A stretch of DNA of 64,000 nt, taken from NCBI GenBank assembly GCA_963827655.1, contig CAWHCF010000049.1, forward strand, positions 418,682-482,681, in the 5' to 3' direction. The notes below the pieces were generated by a model. The model ran no database searches and was not told the DNA's origin. It saw only the letters and a program-made list of their open reading frames with translations. Positions within the stretch are counted from its first letter, which is position 1, and every line of letters begins with the position of its first letter. Both the position numbers and the translations under genes were made by a program. Positions 30,707 through 41,801 of the stretch are shown piece after piece. This DNA is from an uncultured Acidobacteriota bacterium. Lineage in GTDB: Bacteria; Acidobacteriota; UBA6911.

Positions 30707-33700
30707 ATGATCAGATTCCGCAGCATTCCGCAAAGGACAAAGACGATCCTATTTGTTGTATTCGCAGCGTGGTTAATGCTCCCCGCTAGCTTGCTCGCGC
30801 AAAGCGGTGCGGGTTCAATTCAGGGCACAGTTCAGGACGTGACCGCAGCCGCTATCCCGGGCTGCTCGATCCATGTCGTCAACCAGGCCACGAACGTTGC
30901 CATTGAGACAACCTCGAGTACAAGCGGTTTTTACTCCGTGCCAGGCTTGTTTGCTGGCACGTACACGCTCACCTTCAGCTCTCCGGGTATGAAGAAGCAC
31001 GAGGCGGTCATCACGCTGCAAAACGCGCAAGTTGCGGTTCTGAATGTCGCGTTGAGCGTGGGTGACGTCGCCGAGAAAGTCGTCGTCACCGCAGAAACGG
31101 TGCAGCTTGCGACCTACGACAGCGGCACGGTCAGCACCCACCTCGATTCCACGCGCATTGACCAACTTCCGCAAAACGGCCGCAACGTGCTCGGCCTGGC
31201 ACAGAACACCGTACCCGGCCTCGAGGGTAATGGGACGCGCGCCAACGGACTCATGCAGGAGGCCATGGAGTATTCCCAAGACGGCGCGCCAATGACGAAT
31301 CGCAACTTCGGTGGTGAAGCCAACTCGGCGCAAGCCACGCTGCCAGACCCCGATGCCGTTCAGGAAGCTAAGTTCGAAATCCTCAATTCCAGCGCCAAGT
31401 TCGCCACGCCGGCCACGGTTATCCTGACCACGAAGTCGGGCACCAACGAATTCCACGGTTCGCTGTTTGAAACATTTCGAAACAACTATTTCGGTGTCGC
31501 CAAGGCGCGACAGAATCCGGCGGACTTCGCGGCGCCACACCTGGTGCGCAATGAATTCGGAGCCTCCATCGGCGGCCCGATCCTGATCCCCAAAATCTAC
31601 GACGGCAGGAACAGGTCGTTTTTCTTTTACGCGTACGAGCGTTTCTCCCTTCGACAGGCGGCCAACCAGTTGGTTGCCGTGCCTACCGTGCCGATGAGAA
31701 ATGGCGACTTCAGCGGTCTGGTGAACAGAGCGGGGATCCTGCAGCAACTCTACGACCCTAACACCACGCAGGGACCCGAGAGCAACTACGCGCGCCTTCC
31801 GTTTGTGAACAACCAAATCCCGCTTAGTCGCATCAGCCCGCTCGCTAAGACGATATATGCCGCAACGCCGCTCCCGCAGACGCCCGACAACCCACTGATC
31901 AATTCCAATTTCAATGCCGTGAACAACATCGAGCAGACGGTCCCGAACCACACCGCCCGATTCGATCACGTGTTCAACGAGAACAACCGGGCGTATTTCC
32001 GGTTCACGGACATCAATCAGCAGCAGCAGGCTCTGCGCAACTACCCGGCAAATTCGCCGGCCAACATTGAAGGCGGCGGACTGCCGGCAGGCGCGACAGG
32101 GTTTCAGCGGATCCCGATCCGGACGATCAGCGGCGCATTGGGCTATTCGAAAGTGTTTTCCCCGACATTCTTCTCCGAGACCGTCTTCAGCATGCAATGG
32201 CAGAGGATGTATGTCGAAGGGAACGAAGCCTCGCAAAGGAATTACGAAAAGCAGTTGGGCCTTCCGAATAACTTCGGCCAAATCGGTTTTCCCGACATTG
32301 GCGCGAACTTGATCATGCCTTATGGCGGTTCCATGTGGAATTACGGCATGAGCCAGCGCCTCTCCACGATCGACGAGAACCTCAACAAATTATGGGGTAA
32401 ACATGAGTTTGCGTTTGGCTTCCGTTACCGCCACGAAAAATTCGGCTATCTGTCCGACCGTTCTCCTGACCAGGTTGCTTTCACGAATTTTGGCACTGCC
32501 ATATACGATCCGACAACGGGGGCGAATTACGGCGCCCGTGCCAACACCGGCTATGCAGATGCAGACTTCTTCCTTGGATTGGGAAGCAGCTACAACCAGC
32601 GCAGGAACGCGCCGTTCAACGATTGTAGCCTGCAGGAGTTCGTTCTCTATTTGCAGGACAACTACCGCGTCAGCCAGAGGCTTACCCTTAATCTCGGACT
32701 CCGCTGGGAGGCGCATCCAGCTCCGCGCGCCCGCAATGATTACTTGGTGACCTTCGACCTCAAAAGCACATCGCTCGTCCTCCCCCGGCCGCTCGAGTAT
32801 TACGTTCAAGAGGGTCTGACGAGTCAGGCCATCCTCACCAACCTGAAGAATCTGGGTGTTAACTTCGCGACGCCCGATCAGGTCGGACTTCCCTCGCGCG
32901 GGTTCTACGGCAGTTATGGAAACTTCCTCCCGCGGCTGGGTTTTGCATACACACCTTCGTTCGGCCGGAACGGCACGGTCATCCGCGGAGGTTACGGCGA
33001 ACATATCTATCCGGTGCCCGTCCGTAACTCCATCCGGTATCTGACCGCTAACTACCCCTTCACCGCCAGCTACTCACAAAGCTACACGGCGGCTTCTCAG
33101 TCGCCGGACGGATTGCCGAACTTCCTGCTTCGGTCGGCGCCGGCCGTCATCGCCGGACAGAACAGCAGTAACGTAGTGAACAGCGAATCAACAACCGCGC
33201 TGCTTCCGGGCATTTCACTCGGCACAACTCTAAGTGCGGAATTATCCTCCGGCTCGGGTACGTGAAGGTAACATGAGCGTCGAACAGCCCTTCGGCGACG
33301 GCTCCGTGTTCCGGATTACGTACGTGTTCACGCACGGGGAAAATCTCGATCAGAACTATCAGTGGAACAACGCACCGTCCGCTTACGTGTGGCAGATGGC
33401 CACGGGAACCACGCCCCCCACCGGACCGCTAGCGTCCGTCGCGACCCGTCCCTACGACCAGACGGTATGGGGCGGCGGCAACCTGTCGATGAAGACGGGC
33501 TGGTCGAATGACAGCGCTCTGCAACTGAACTATCAACGGCCCTTCAGCAAGGGCATCGCGTACCAGATCTTCTACGTCTACTCGCGCGCCTTCCGCGTCG
33601 GAGGCAACACGTTCCGCGACAACACGCTTTATCCAGCCGCGAACTTTGCGCCCGGAGTGCTTCCTGCCGGCCTGGACGTCGGCACGCCTCTCGAGCCCAG

Positions 33701-34433
33701 CCGCGCTCTGAACCGCTACCAGAATTACATGGTCGATACCGCGATCCCGTTGCATCGCATCACCTTCAATGGAGTCTGGGACCTGCCGGCAGGCAGGGGC
33801 AAGCGCTTCCTGGGGAATTCGAACCGGTTGGTGGACGCGCTGCTTGGCGGCTATCAGGTGGCGTTCGTCGGCACGGTGGTCTCGCAGGCTTTCGCGGTGG
33901 CTTCAACGAACTGGGGCGCCACCAGTCCGATTCAGCGGTATAAGAACTCGGTTCCGGTGACGGACTGCCGCAGCGGCGTGTGCCATCCGGCGTACATGTG
34001 GTTCAACGGATACCTCTCGCCGACGCAGATAAACACGGCAAACGGTGTTCAGGGTCTTCCTTCCGGCTACACTCCGTATCTCGCTCCGATCAACAACACT
34101 CCCGGCGCCCCGAACTTCGGGAACAACAATGTGCCCGTCACGCTGAGTGACGGCAGGCAGGTAGTCACGGCGTACTCACCCGGACCGGGAACGGGCGCCC
34201 ATCCGTACGGCCATAGCGTCCTGGAGGGACCGATCAACCACCGTACGGACATTTCGTTGTACAAGATTTTCACCATCACTGAGAGTGTCAAGCTGCGATT
34301 CAACATGGACGCCTTCAATGCGTTCAACATCCAGGGTCTCGTGAACCCGAATTCGTCGGACGGCATCCAGTCTCTCCAGACCTCCTACTGGACGCCGCGT
34401 CAGATTCAGTTCACTCTTCGCCTGTTGTTCTAG
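30707..34433 (+). CDS. TonB-dependent receptor (one frameshift near 33235)
   Basis: ORFs 30707-33265 and 33234-34433 form one receptor ending RQIQFTLRLLF. Confidence 0.88.
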
Positions 34434-34595
34434 TAGCTCAGTTGGATAGAGCAACGGTTTCCTAAACGGATCCTCCAAAATCCAAGCCCTTGGAAATCAA
34501 GCATTTTCAAGGGCTTGATTTTTTCCTGCTTTGGGTTTCGTTGGGCAAAGTTGGGTATCTCTGTTGCTCGCGGGCAAAGTCTGGGCAAAGTCAAA
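34433..34595 (+). repeat. att-like copy B: 5' half of tRNA-Arg(CCT) (first bases missing) plus full arm sequence
   Basis: GTAGCTCAGTTGGATAGAGCAACGGTTTCCTAAAC, inverted repeat AAGCCCTTG...CAAGGGCTT, three GGGCAAAGT repeats. Confidence 0.9.
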
Positions 34596-34863
34596 TAAGA
34601 AACTCGAAGGGATGTTTCAAGTGGAGCATCCATGTGAATAGGGCCATTATTCTTATTTTGCCCGAACGGACGGTGGCAATCCGGATAAACAGAAGGTCGC
34701 GGAAATTCACAGGACTTTCGGCATTGGGTGGCTGGATCTGGATGCCGGATTCGGATGACATGTCGGAGTGAAGACGGGCAGGCCTCGGTTGGCCGATCTG
34801 ACCGAACCAAGCTTGTGCACTCCAATGAGAGTCGTTCGCTGCTGACCGCCTGGATGCCAGTCA

Positions 34864-35574
34864 ATGAGAACCATGGGGACGAGCTCTTTTCCGCCTACCC
34901 GCTGGAGCCTGATTATTGCTACGCGGGAGCGGCCAACCACGGAGGCGCGCAGGGCGCTGGCCACCCTGTGCGGCAGCTATTGGTATCCGCTTTATGCTTA
35001 TGCGCGAAGGGTCGGCCATAGCGTCGCTGACGCGGAAGATCTGACCCAGGGCTTTTTCGCGCGTTTGATCGAGAAGCACTATCTCGAGGACTACGACCGG
35101 GAGCGCGGGCGATTCCGGTCGTTCTTGCTCGCTTCGTTTCGTCATTACATTGCCAATGAACGGGACCGGGCGCTCGCTTGGAAGCGCGGTGGCGGTCGGG
35201 TGGTCGCTTTGGACCTCGAGGATGCCGAACGGCGTTACCGCCTGGAACCTGCCGATCCGATCACACCCGAACGCCTGTATGAGCGGCGCTGGGCGATGCT
35301 GCTGATCGAACGGGCGATGGAGAAGCTGGAAGCTGAGGCCGATCGACCCAGCCACTTCCAGCGCCTGCGCTTGTTCCTGACGGGCGAGCCGGCTAAGACT
35401 TCGTACCGGCAGCTTGCGGAACAGATGGGAGTCTCCGAAGGGGCCGCCAAGATGGCCGTGCACCGGCTGCGCGGGAAGTTCCGCAATCTGCTCCAGGCGC
35501 AAGTCGCCGAGACAGTGTCGGGCCCGGAAGAAACCAAGGAAGAATTGCGTTATCTGCTTTCGGTTCTGGCGTGA
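34864..35574 (+). CDS. ECF sigma-70 factor (kinase-associated type)
   Basis: FPPTRWSL, YWYPLYAY, AEDLTQGFF, RGRFRSFLL, VHRLR. Confidence 0.88.
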   Translation: MRTMGTSSFPPTRWSLIIATRERPTTEARRALATLCGSYWYPLYAYARRVGHSVADAEDLTQGFFARLIEKHYLEDYDRERGRFRSFLLASFRHYIANERDRALAWKRGGGRVVALDLEDAERRYRLEPADPITPERLYERRWAMLLIERAMEKLEAEADRPSHFQRLRLFLTGEPAKTSYRQLAEQMGVSEGAAKMAVHRLRGKFRNLLQAQVAETVSGPEETKEELRYLLSVLA

Positions 35575-35625
35575 CTTTATCCTCTGGTTGCTTCATTAAC
35601 AAAATGGAGCCAGGAGGTCGATAAC

Positions 35626-38556
35626 ATGAATGAGTGTCCCCAGTGCGGCGCGCCCCTGCCGCCCGAGGGCATATGCCCGCAGTGCCTGTTGCGTGTCGCG
35701 CTGGAAACAGATCCAGACTCCAAGCAGAGCACGAACTCGCAGTCCACTCCTGGCGCGCAGGCCTCCGGCGAGCGCATCGGCCCCTACAAGCTCCTGCGCG
35801 TGGTGGGCGAGGGCGGTATGGGTGTCGTATGGCTCGCCGATCAAGATCAGCCTCTCCGCCGCCGCGTCGCCGTAAAGCTCATCAAGCAGGGCATGGATTC
35901 CCGAGAAGTGATCACCCGTTTTGAGTCCGAGCGGCAAGCCCTGGCTCTGATGGACCATCCGAACATCGCCACGGTCTTCGACGCCGGCTCTACGACGGAC
36001 GGCCGCCCCTTCTTCGTCATGGAATATGTGCCCGGCCTGCCGATCACCCGTTATTGCGATGAGCGAAGGCTGGGCAACCGCGAGCGGCTGGAGCTGTTCG
36101 TGCAAGTCTGTCAGGCAGTGGAGCACGCACACAAAAGAGCTGTCATCCATCGCGACTTGAAACCATCGAACGTGCTGGTGATGGAGGTGGAGGGCAAGCC
36201 GCTGCCCAAAGTGATCGACTTCGGGATTGCCAAAGCTACGAACCAGGGGCTGACAGAAAAGACGCTATTCACGGAGCTGGGACGGTTAATCGGGACGCCG
36301 GAGTACATGAGCCCTGAGCAAGCGTCCGGAGACGGCCAGGAAGTGGACGCCACCACCGACATCTACTCCCTGGGCGTGCTGTTGTACGAGCTGCTGGCCG
36401 GCGTCCTGCCCTTCGATCCCAAGGAACTCCGGAAGGCCGGCTATGAAGGGATCTTGCGCATCATTCGGCAGCAGGAGCCGCCTACTCCTACCAAACGCAT
36501 TAGCAGCCTGGGTGCCGCCGCCAGCGAAATCGCGGCCAGGCGCAAGACAGACCCGGCGACTTTGGCAAGACAGCTCCGCGGTGAACTGGAATGGATCACG
36601 CTCAAGGCAATAGAGAAGGATCGTCACAGACGGTACGTCTCGGCGGCAGAATTCGGCGTGGATGTGGCGCGGTACCTGAAGGACGAGCCGGTGCTGGCCC
36701 GCCGCCCCAGCGCGATCTACCGCTGGCGAAAGTGGGCAAGGAAGCGCCGGGGAGCGGTCGCAGCCACGGCGATAACCCTTGCGATAGCGGCTATCAGCAC
36801 AGTTCTGGTCATTCAAGCAAATCGCGGTCAGATGAGCGCCGCACCACCTGTGCTCATTCAAGTGACCCGTGACGCCGGCCTGACGATCGAGCCGGCAGTT
36901 TCACCTGACGATAAGCGGCTTGCTTACGCTTCGGATCGCGCCGGCGACGGCAACCTCGATCTTTGGATCCAGCCTCTGCCGGTGGGCGACCCCATCCGGT
37001 TGACCCGGCACCCGGCTGATGAGCACGAACCGGCTTTTTTGCCCGACGGAACGCGGATTGTGTATCGCTCCGAGCGGGAGGGCGGTGGCATCTACGTTAT
37101 CTCCATCGATGGAGGGCAAGAGCGGCTCCTTGCCAAGGAGGGACGCCGGCCGCGAGTCTCGCCCGACGGAAAGTGGATTGCGTACTGGGTCGGGAATCCA
37201 ATGTCGAGTACTCTCGACTCGTCCAAAATCTACGTCGCGCCGGCCGAAGGCGGCGATCCGCGGCAAGTGGCTACGGAGTTCAAGGTGGCCGCGTATCCCG
37301 CCTGGTCGCCCGATGGACGGAGCCTCCTGTTCTACGGAATTGCCCTTGATCCAACCACGGGCGGGTGGAAAGGGTTCTGGTGGGTGTACCCGCTGGCGGG
37401 AGGAACACCGGCGCAAGTAAACGCTTCGGTTCTCCTGCGCGGGATCATCCCGGGTTGGTGGCTGCGGTCCAACCGCGTCATCTACGAGTACTCGCCACAT
37501 TTCGGCCTTCGGGAAGGCACCAACATCTGGGAAATCCCGATCCACCCGCAGACTCTGAAAGCAGGCGAACCGAGCCAGCTCTCGTTTGGGTCTGGCGCCG
37601 ACAAGTCGCCAGTCATGACAGGCGACGGCCGGCTGATCTTCTCGGCGGTCACTACCCAAACTGATCTCTGGGCAGTCCCCCTGCCGGCGGGTACGCTCGG
37701 GGAACAACTACAACGGTTGACCCAAGACAACATCGCTGAAACCAGCCCGTCGGTTTCTCGTGACGGACGGCGGCTGCTTTTTGGAGCGCGCGGCATGGGG
37801 AACCATGAGATCTGGTTGCGAGAACTCGACAGCAACAAGCAACGCCGGTTGTATGTCTCGCCGAATTTTACATTCTGGCCCCACATCACGGCTGATGGGA
37901 CGATCGCATTTTTTACCGAATCTGCAAAACAGCACCAGATCTACCGGATGCGCATAGGGTTTCCTCCTGAAAGGGTATGCGAAGGCGCCAACAGCGCCCA
38001 GGGTGTGACGGCGGACGGAACGCGGCTGGCGTCCACTGTCAGCACCGGTCCTGGTGGCGCAGGCCTTGGTTTCCGGATCATGGAAGTGTCGAGCGGGCGC
38101 GAGTTGACCCGGTTCGAGCATCCACAGCATTCCCTATATGACCCGAAGTTCGCGCCGGACGGACGATGGCTGGCGTTTAATGCGTCAGCTGGTCCGGACA
38201 AGCGGCGTCTGTTCGTGGCCCGTCTCACGGACTCACAGCGCTCTGGCCCCGAGGACTGGATTGCCATCACCGACGGGACCAGCTGGCTGGACAAGGCCGA
38301 CTGGTCGGTAGACGGCCGTCTGCTCTATTACGTGTCTTCCATCGATGGCTACTGGTGCATCTGGGCGCAGCAGCTCGACGAGAATTCGAGGCAGCCCTTG
38401 GGAGGGCCCGTCGCCGTTCACCACTTCCACGACAATCGCGCCTCGATGCGAAACCTGGAAACGTCGAAATTAAAGCTCGCAGTCGCCAACGACAAGATCA
38501 TTTTTAGTATGGGCGAGCTTTCCGGCAATGTCTGGATGGCGACGCGCGAGCAATAG
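35626..38556 (+). CDS. Ser/Thr protein kinase with TM segment and TolB/PD40 propeller repeats
   Basis: N-terminal CPQC..CPQC, GEGGMGVV, HRDLKPSN, DFG, GTPEYMSPEQ, SPDG repeats. Confidence 0.92.
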   Translation: MNECPQCGAPLPPEGICPQCLLRVALETDPDSKQSTNSQSTPGAQASGERIGPYKLLRVVGEGGMGVVWLADQDQPLRRRVAVKLIKQGMDSREVITRFESERQALALMDHPNIATVFDAGSTTDGRPFFVMEYVPGLPITRYCDERRLGNRERLELFVQVCQAVEHAHKRAVIHRDLKPSNVLVMEVEGKPLPKVIDFGIAKATNQGLTEKTLFTELGRLIGTPEYMSPEQASGDGQEVDATTDIYSLGVLLYELLAGVLPFDPKELRKAGYEGILRIIRQQEPPTPTKRISSLGAAASEIAARRKTDPATLARQLRGELEWITLKAIEKDRHRRYVSAAEFGVDVARYLKDEPVLARRPSAIYRWRKWARKRRGAVAATAITLAIAAISTVLVIQANRGQMSAAPPVLIQVTRDAGLTIEPAVSPDDKRLAYASDRAGDGNLDLWIQPLPVGDPIRLTRHPADEHEPAFLPDGTRIVYRSEREGGGIYVISIDGGQERLLAKEGRRPRVSPDGKWIAYWVGNPMSSTLDSSKIYVAPAEGGDPRQVATEFKVAAYPAWSPDGRSLLFYGIALDPTTGGWKGFWWVYPLAGGTPAQVNASVLLRGIIPGWWLRSNRVIYEYSPHFGLREGTNIWEIPIHPQTLKAGEPSQLSFGSGADKSPVMTGDGRLIFSAVTTQTDLWAVPLPAGTLGEQLQRLTQDNIAETSPSVSRDGRRLLFGARGMGNHEIWLRELDSNKQRRLYVSPNFTFWPHITADGTIAFFTESAKQHQIYRMRIGFPPERVCEGANSAQGVTADGTRLASTVSTGPGGAGLGFRIMEVSSGRELTRFEHPQHSLYDPKFAPDGRWLAFNASAGPDKRRLFVARLTDSQRSGPEDWIAITDGTSWLDKADWSVDGRLLYYVSSIDGYWCIWAQQLDENSRQPLGGPVAVHHFHDNRASMRNLETSKLKLAVANDKIIFSMGELSGNVWMATREQ

Positions 38557-38567
38557 TCAAGGGTAAG

Positions 38568-38742
38568 GATAGAGTATCGAGAATCGAAGATAGAGGATCG
38601 AAGAAGGCGATTTTCAATTTTCAAGCACAAGCGGATGGCCGCAACCAAAGTGCTTTTAGTGTTTCTTTGTGTCTTCGTGACTTCGTGGTTAGAGCCGTCT
38701 AACAAATACCACTAAGGCTCAAAGACACGAAGAAACACTAAG
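38568..38742. repeat. Degenerate heptamer tandem repeats followed by inverted nonamer-repeat arms
   Basis: GATAGAG TATCGAG AATCGAA GATAGAG GATCGAA; TTAGTGTTTCTTTGTGTCTTCGTG...CAAAGACACGAAGAAACACTAA. Confidence 0.6.
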
Positions 38743-38871
38743 AATCTTTGCAGGAAAAAAGGTCGTGAGAACGCAGGCAAGCAACACGGAAAGTCAGAAG
38801 GTGAGCAGTATCCTGAGACGGGAACGCGCCGACGGCTGCGCAGTTGGCAAAAAAGAATGACCCCCCAAAAC

Positions 38872-40071
38872 ATGACGCCTGAAAGGTGGAGGCAGGTCGA
38901 GAAGCTCTACCGCGCCGCGCTGGAACTCGAGCCGGCGGCGAGGGCGGATTTCCTCGCAAGCGCCTGCGCGGCCGACACGGAATTGAGAGAGGAACTGAAG
39001 TCGCTACTGGTGTTCAATGACCAGAAGCGGACGTTCATCGAGTCGCCTGCGGTGGAGGTCGTGGCGCAGTTGCTGTCCAGGAGCGAGAAGCACTTAACAG
39101 GCCACAGCTTCGGTCCATACCGCATCGTACAGTTCCTCGGCTCGGGCGGGATGGGTGAAGTCTACCTCGCGCGCGACGGCCGGCTGGACCGCAACGTCGC
39201 GCTCAAGCTGCTCCCTTTCCACTTTACCATCCTGGCGGAGCACTTGATCCGGTTCAAGAAGGAGGCGCGAGTCGCCGCGGCCCTCAACCACCCGAACATT
39301 GTCACGATCTACGAGATCGGCGAGTTCGAGGGGGAACACCTCATAGCGGCGGAGTTCGTCGACGGCTTGACGCTCCGCAAGCGGCTTACGGAAGGGGCCA
39401 TGGGACTCCTGGAGGCCGTTAGGATCGTCGTTCAGATTTCGAGCGCCCTTGGCGCGGCCCATCAGGCGGGAGTCATTCACTGCGACATCAAACCCGAGAA
39501 CATCATGCTGCGGCGGGACGGCTACGTCAAAGTGCTCGACTTCGGGCTCGCCAAGCTCGCCGGTCACGGCTCCGGCGCTTCGGGCGAGCAGACTCCAAGC
39601 ACCGCCACCATGCCAGGCATGGTCGTGGGGACGGTTCGGTACATGTCGCCGGAACAGGCGCGGGGGGCCGCGACCGACCCGCGGACGGACATCTTCAGTC
39701 TTGGAATCGTCCTGTACGAGATGGTTACCGGGCGGCTCCCGTTCGAGGGCGCCTCGACCAGCGACCAGATTGCGGCGCTGCTCGTCTGCGAGCCGCCGCC
39801 CCCATCGCAGTATGCTCCCATGCCGCCCGAACTCGAGCGAATCATCCAGAAGATGCTGGCCAAAAAGGTCGACGAGCGCCACCAGACGGCCGCCGACCTC
39901 CAGGCCAACCTCGAAGGGCTCAAGCGCGACCTTGAGTTCGAGTCGAAGCTGGAGGAGTGGGCCTCGGCGCCGCGTAGCTCGCCTCAATCGGTGCCGGAAG
40001 CCCGCTGGAGTGGCTCCGGGGTGAAGCTAGAGCCGGTGGGGGGCGCCGTGCCGCTCGACTCAGGTTTTTAG
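38872..40071 (+). CDS. Ser/Thr protein kinase, kinase domain only (probably C-terminally truncated)
   Basis: MTPERWRQVE, GSGGMGEVY, HCDIKPEN, DFG, GTVRYMSPEQ. Confidence 0.85.
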   Translation: MTPERWRQVEKLYRAALELEPAARADFLASACAADTELREELKSLLVFNDQKRTFIESPAVEVVAQLLSRSEKHLTGHSFGPYRIVQFLGSGGMGEVYLARDGRLDRNVALKLLPFHFTILAEHLIRFKKEARVAAALNHPNIVTIYEIGEFEGEHLIAAEFVDGLTLRKRLTEGAMGLLEAVRIVVQISSALGAAHQAGVIHCDIKPENIMLRRDGYVKVLDFGLAKLAGHGSGASGEQTPSTATMPGMVVGTVRYMSPEQARGAATDPRTDIFSLGIVLYEMVTGRLPFEGASTSDQIAALLVCEPPPPSQYAPMPPELERIIQKMLAKKVDERHQTAADLQANLEGLKRDLEFESKLEEWASAPRSSPQSVPEARWSGSGVKLEPVGGAVPLDSGF

Positions 40072-40203
40072 CTGAGCTCTTGACGGTAAGGCTGGAGGCA
40101 GCCATGGAGCAGGAAGTGTTGGCGCGAGACAAGGAATAATATGCATCGAGACGTGCCATTTCCTGGTTTTCTGCCCCGACCGTCGAGCCAGTGGAAGGAC
40201 GCG

Positions 40204-40779
40204 ATGACAGCCCCCTCGGACGGTGAGATCAGTCAGCTCCTCCTGGCCTGGAGCGACGGCGACGAGGCGGCGCTCGAGCAGCTGGCGCCGCTCGTGTACG
40301 CGGAGCTACACCGCCTGGCCCGGCATTACCTCGATCGAGAGGGCCGGCGGCAGTCGATTCAGGCCACGGAGCTCGTCAACGAGGCCTACCTGCGCCTGGT
40401 GGACTGTAAGGGCGTCCGCTGGCACAACCGCGCCCACTTCTTCGCGCTGTCGGCTCGGATGATGCGGCGCATCCTGGTCGACTTCGCGCGCGCGCGGGGG
40501 AGGGCCAAGCGTTGGGGCGACCTGGAGCGGGTCTCGCTCGGCCAGGCGGCCGGGCTTACCCTGGAGCCGCCCGCCGACCTCGTCGCGCTGGACGAGGCGC
40601 TTGACAGTCTGGCCGCGCTCGATCCAAGGAAAGCGCAGGTGGTCGAGCTGCGATTTTTTGGCGGCCTGACCGTCGACGAGACGGCGGAGGCGTTGAAGGT
40701 TTCCGCGGAAACGGTGATGCGCGAGTGGAGCCTGGCACGCGCCTGGCTGCTGCGCGCCCTAAGCCTGGACCTTAGTTAG
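40204..40779 (+). CDS. ECF sigma factor, TIGR02999-like
   Basis: ISQLLLAWSDGD, LVYAELHRLA, TELVNEAYLRL, RAHFF, VELRFFGGLT, ARAWL. Confidence 0.9.
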   Translation: MTAPSDGEISQLLLAWSDGDEAALEQLAPLVYAELHRLARHYLDREGRRQSIQATELVNEAYLRLVDCKGVRWHNRAHFFALSARMMRRILVDFARARGRAKRWGDLERVSLGQAAGLTLEPPADLVALDEALDSLAALDPRKAQVVELRFFGGLTVDETAEALKVSAETVMREWSLARAWLLRALSLDLS

Positions 40780-40849
40780 CCGCGCCCAGGAAGCGCTTCC
40801 TGTGGCGAAAAAGGCCTCAATGGTCGGTTCAGACCAATGGACTACCAAA

Positions 40850-41395
40850 GCTGCCGCGCGGCGTTCTCCGAAGAATGGCAATACGTGCAGCCGCATGCGC
40901 ATCTGCAGATCAAGAAGAGATCGTCGGGCGTCGTTTACAACATCCTCGGCGATCTCGCCGAATTTTGATCCGTGCCAACCTCGGCATTACAGGCACGCCG
41001 CGAGCGATATCTCCCCGGCGAAGCTGTAGAAGCGTTTTGGCGTCGGATTCCCGGTTGCTTCCAGAACTCTCTCGCATCGGTACTCCGTCGCGATAGTACT
41101 TAGGGTTCGCGCAGAAATAAGTTCGCATTCTGCTGCAGGTCCGGCGCTGGCGAGCGCGAGCGCGATGCGTACCCGGTGGGTACGTGAGGAGCGAGCCCCG
41201 CGGGCTGCGGCCGCAGCCCGAAGGGGCGCGATCCTCAGCGTGTTAGCAACAGAAACTGGTCCATGATTGAGCACCGACCCTGCGCAGAATGTGAAGTTAT
41301 TTCTGCGCGAGCCCTTAATCCACCACACGCTACTCGCGTACATCCCATCCGTCTTCTTGTCCTGTACTTTGGTTAGTAAATGCTTCCCACTACTT
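40850..41395 (-). pseudogene. N-terminal remnant of a tyrosine integrase, interrupted by MITE copy 3
   Basis: Removing the MITE restores SVWWIKYYRDGVPMRESSGSNRESDAKTLLQLRRGDIARG; continues with a shift to FGEIAEDVVND..RRSL..LHVLPFFG. Confidence 0.7.
41103..41314 (-). mobile_element. MITE copy 3 (212 bp, diverged, inverted)
   Basis: TTA-GGGTTCGCGCAGAAATAA...TTATTTCTGCGCGAGCCC-TTA. Confidence 0.88.
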
Positions 41396-41801
41396 TCTCG
41401 TTTCCCCAGTTAATCAAAACCACTAGGTCCGCCGATTCTATGCGTTCGGACGTCAAGAATCGTCCAACTCGTTAAAGTTCTGGCGCGCCGATGACGCTTT
41501 AGTTAGTGAGGGCAGTAAGAAGGTGAAGCAGAATCGCCAGACGTTAGGAATTTTGGCTATGCAAGGGAATAGTTCAACCTCGGTAATTATTTCTTTGCCC
41601 AGGGGCGCTCCACGGTCTGGGCGAAAAGTTTGCCCCCAATCTTCACACAGGCACTTTCAGCTTCCATTCCCGCCTCTATTGATGAGCAAGAGAGACAGGC
41701 TGGCGGGCCACTAGGTCTGATCCGCCGGCGCGGGTGACTAAGGATCAGCTTCGACCCGTCATAACAGACCAATTGCCAGTTCAATGAATAGGAGATGAAC
41801 C

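Noticed and set aside
33230-33270. Programmed frameshift in the TonB receptor
   Set aside because: No slippery run seen; a single indel error or mutation is simpler.
34490-34771. Repeated ORF MEIKHFQGL (also at 45412)
   Set aside because: By-product of the duplicated arm sequence; TTG start, similarity stops where the repeat stops.
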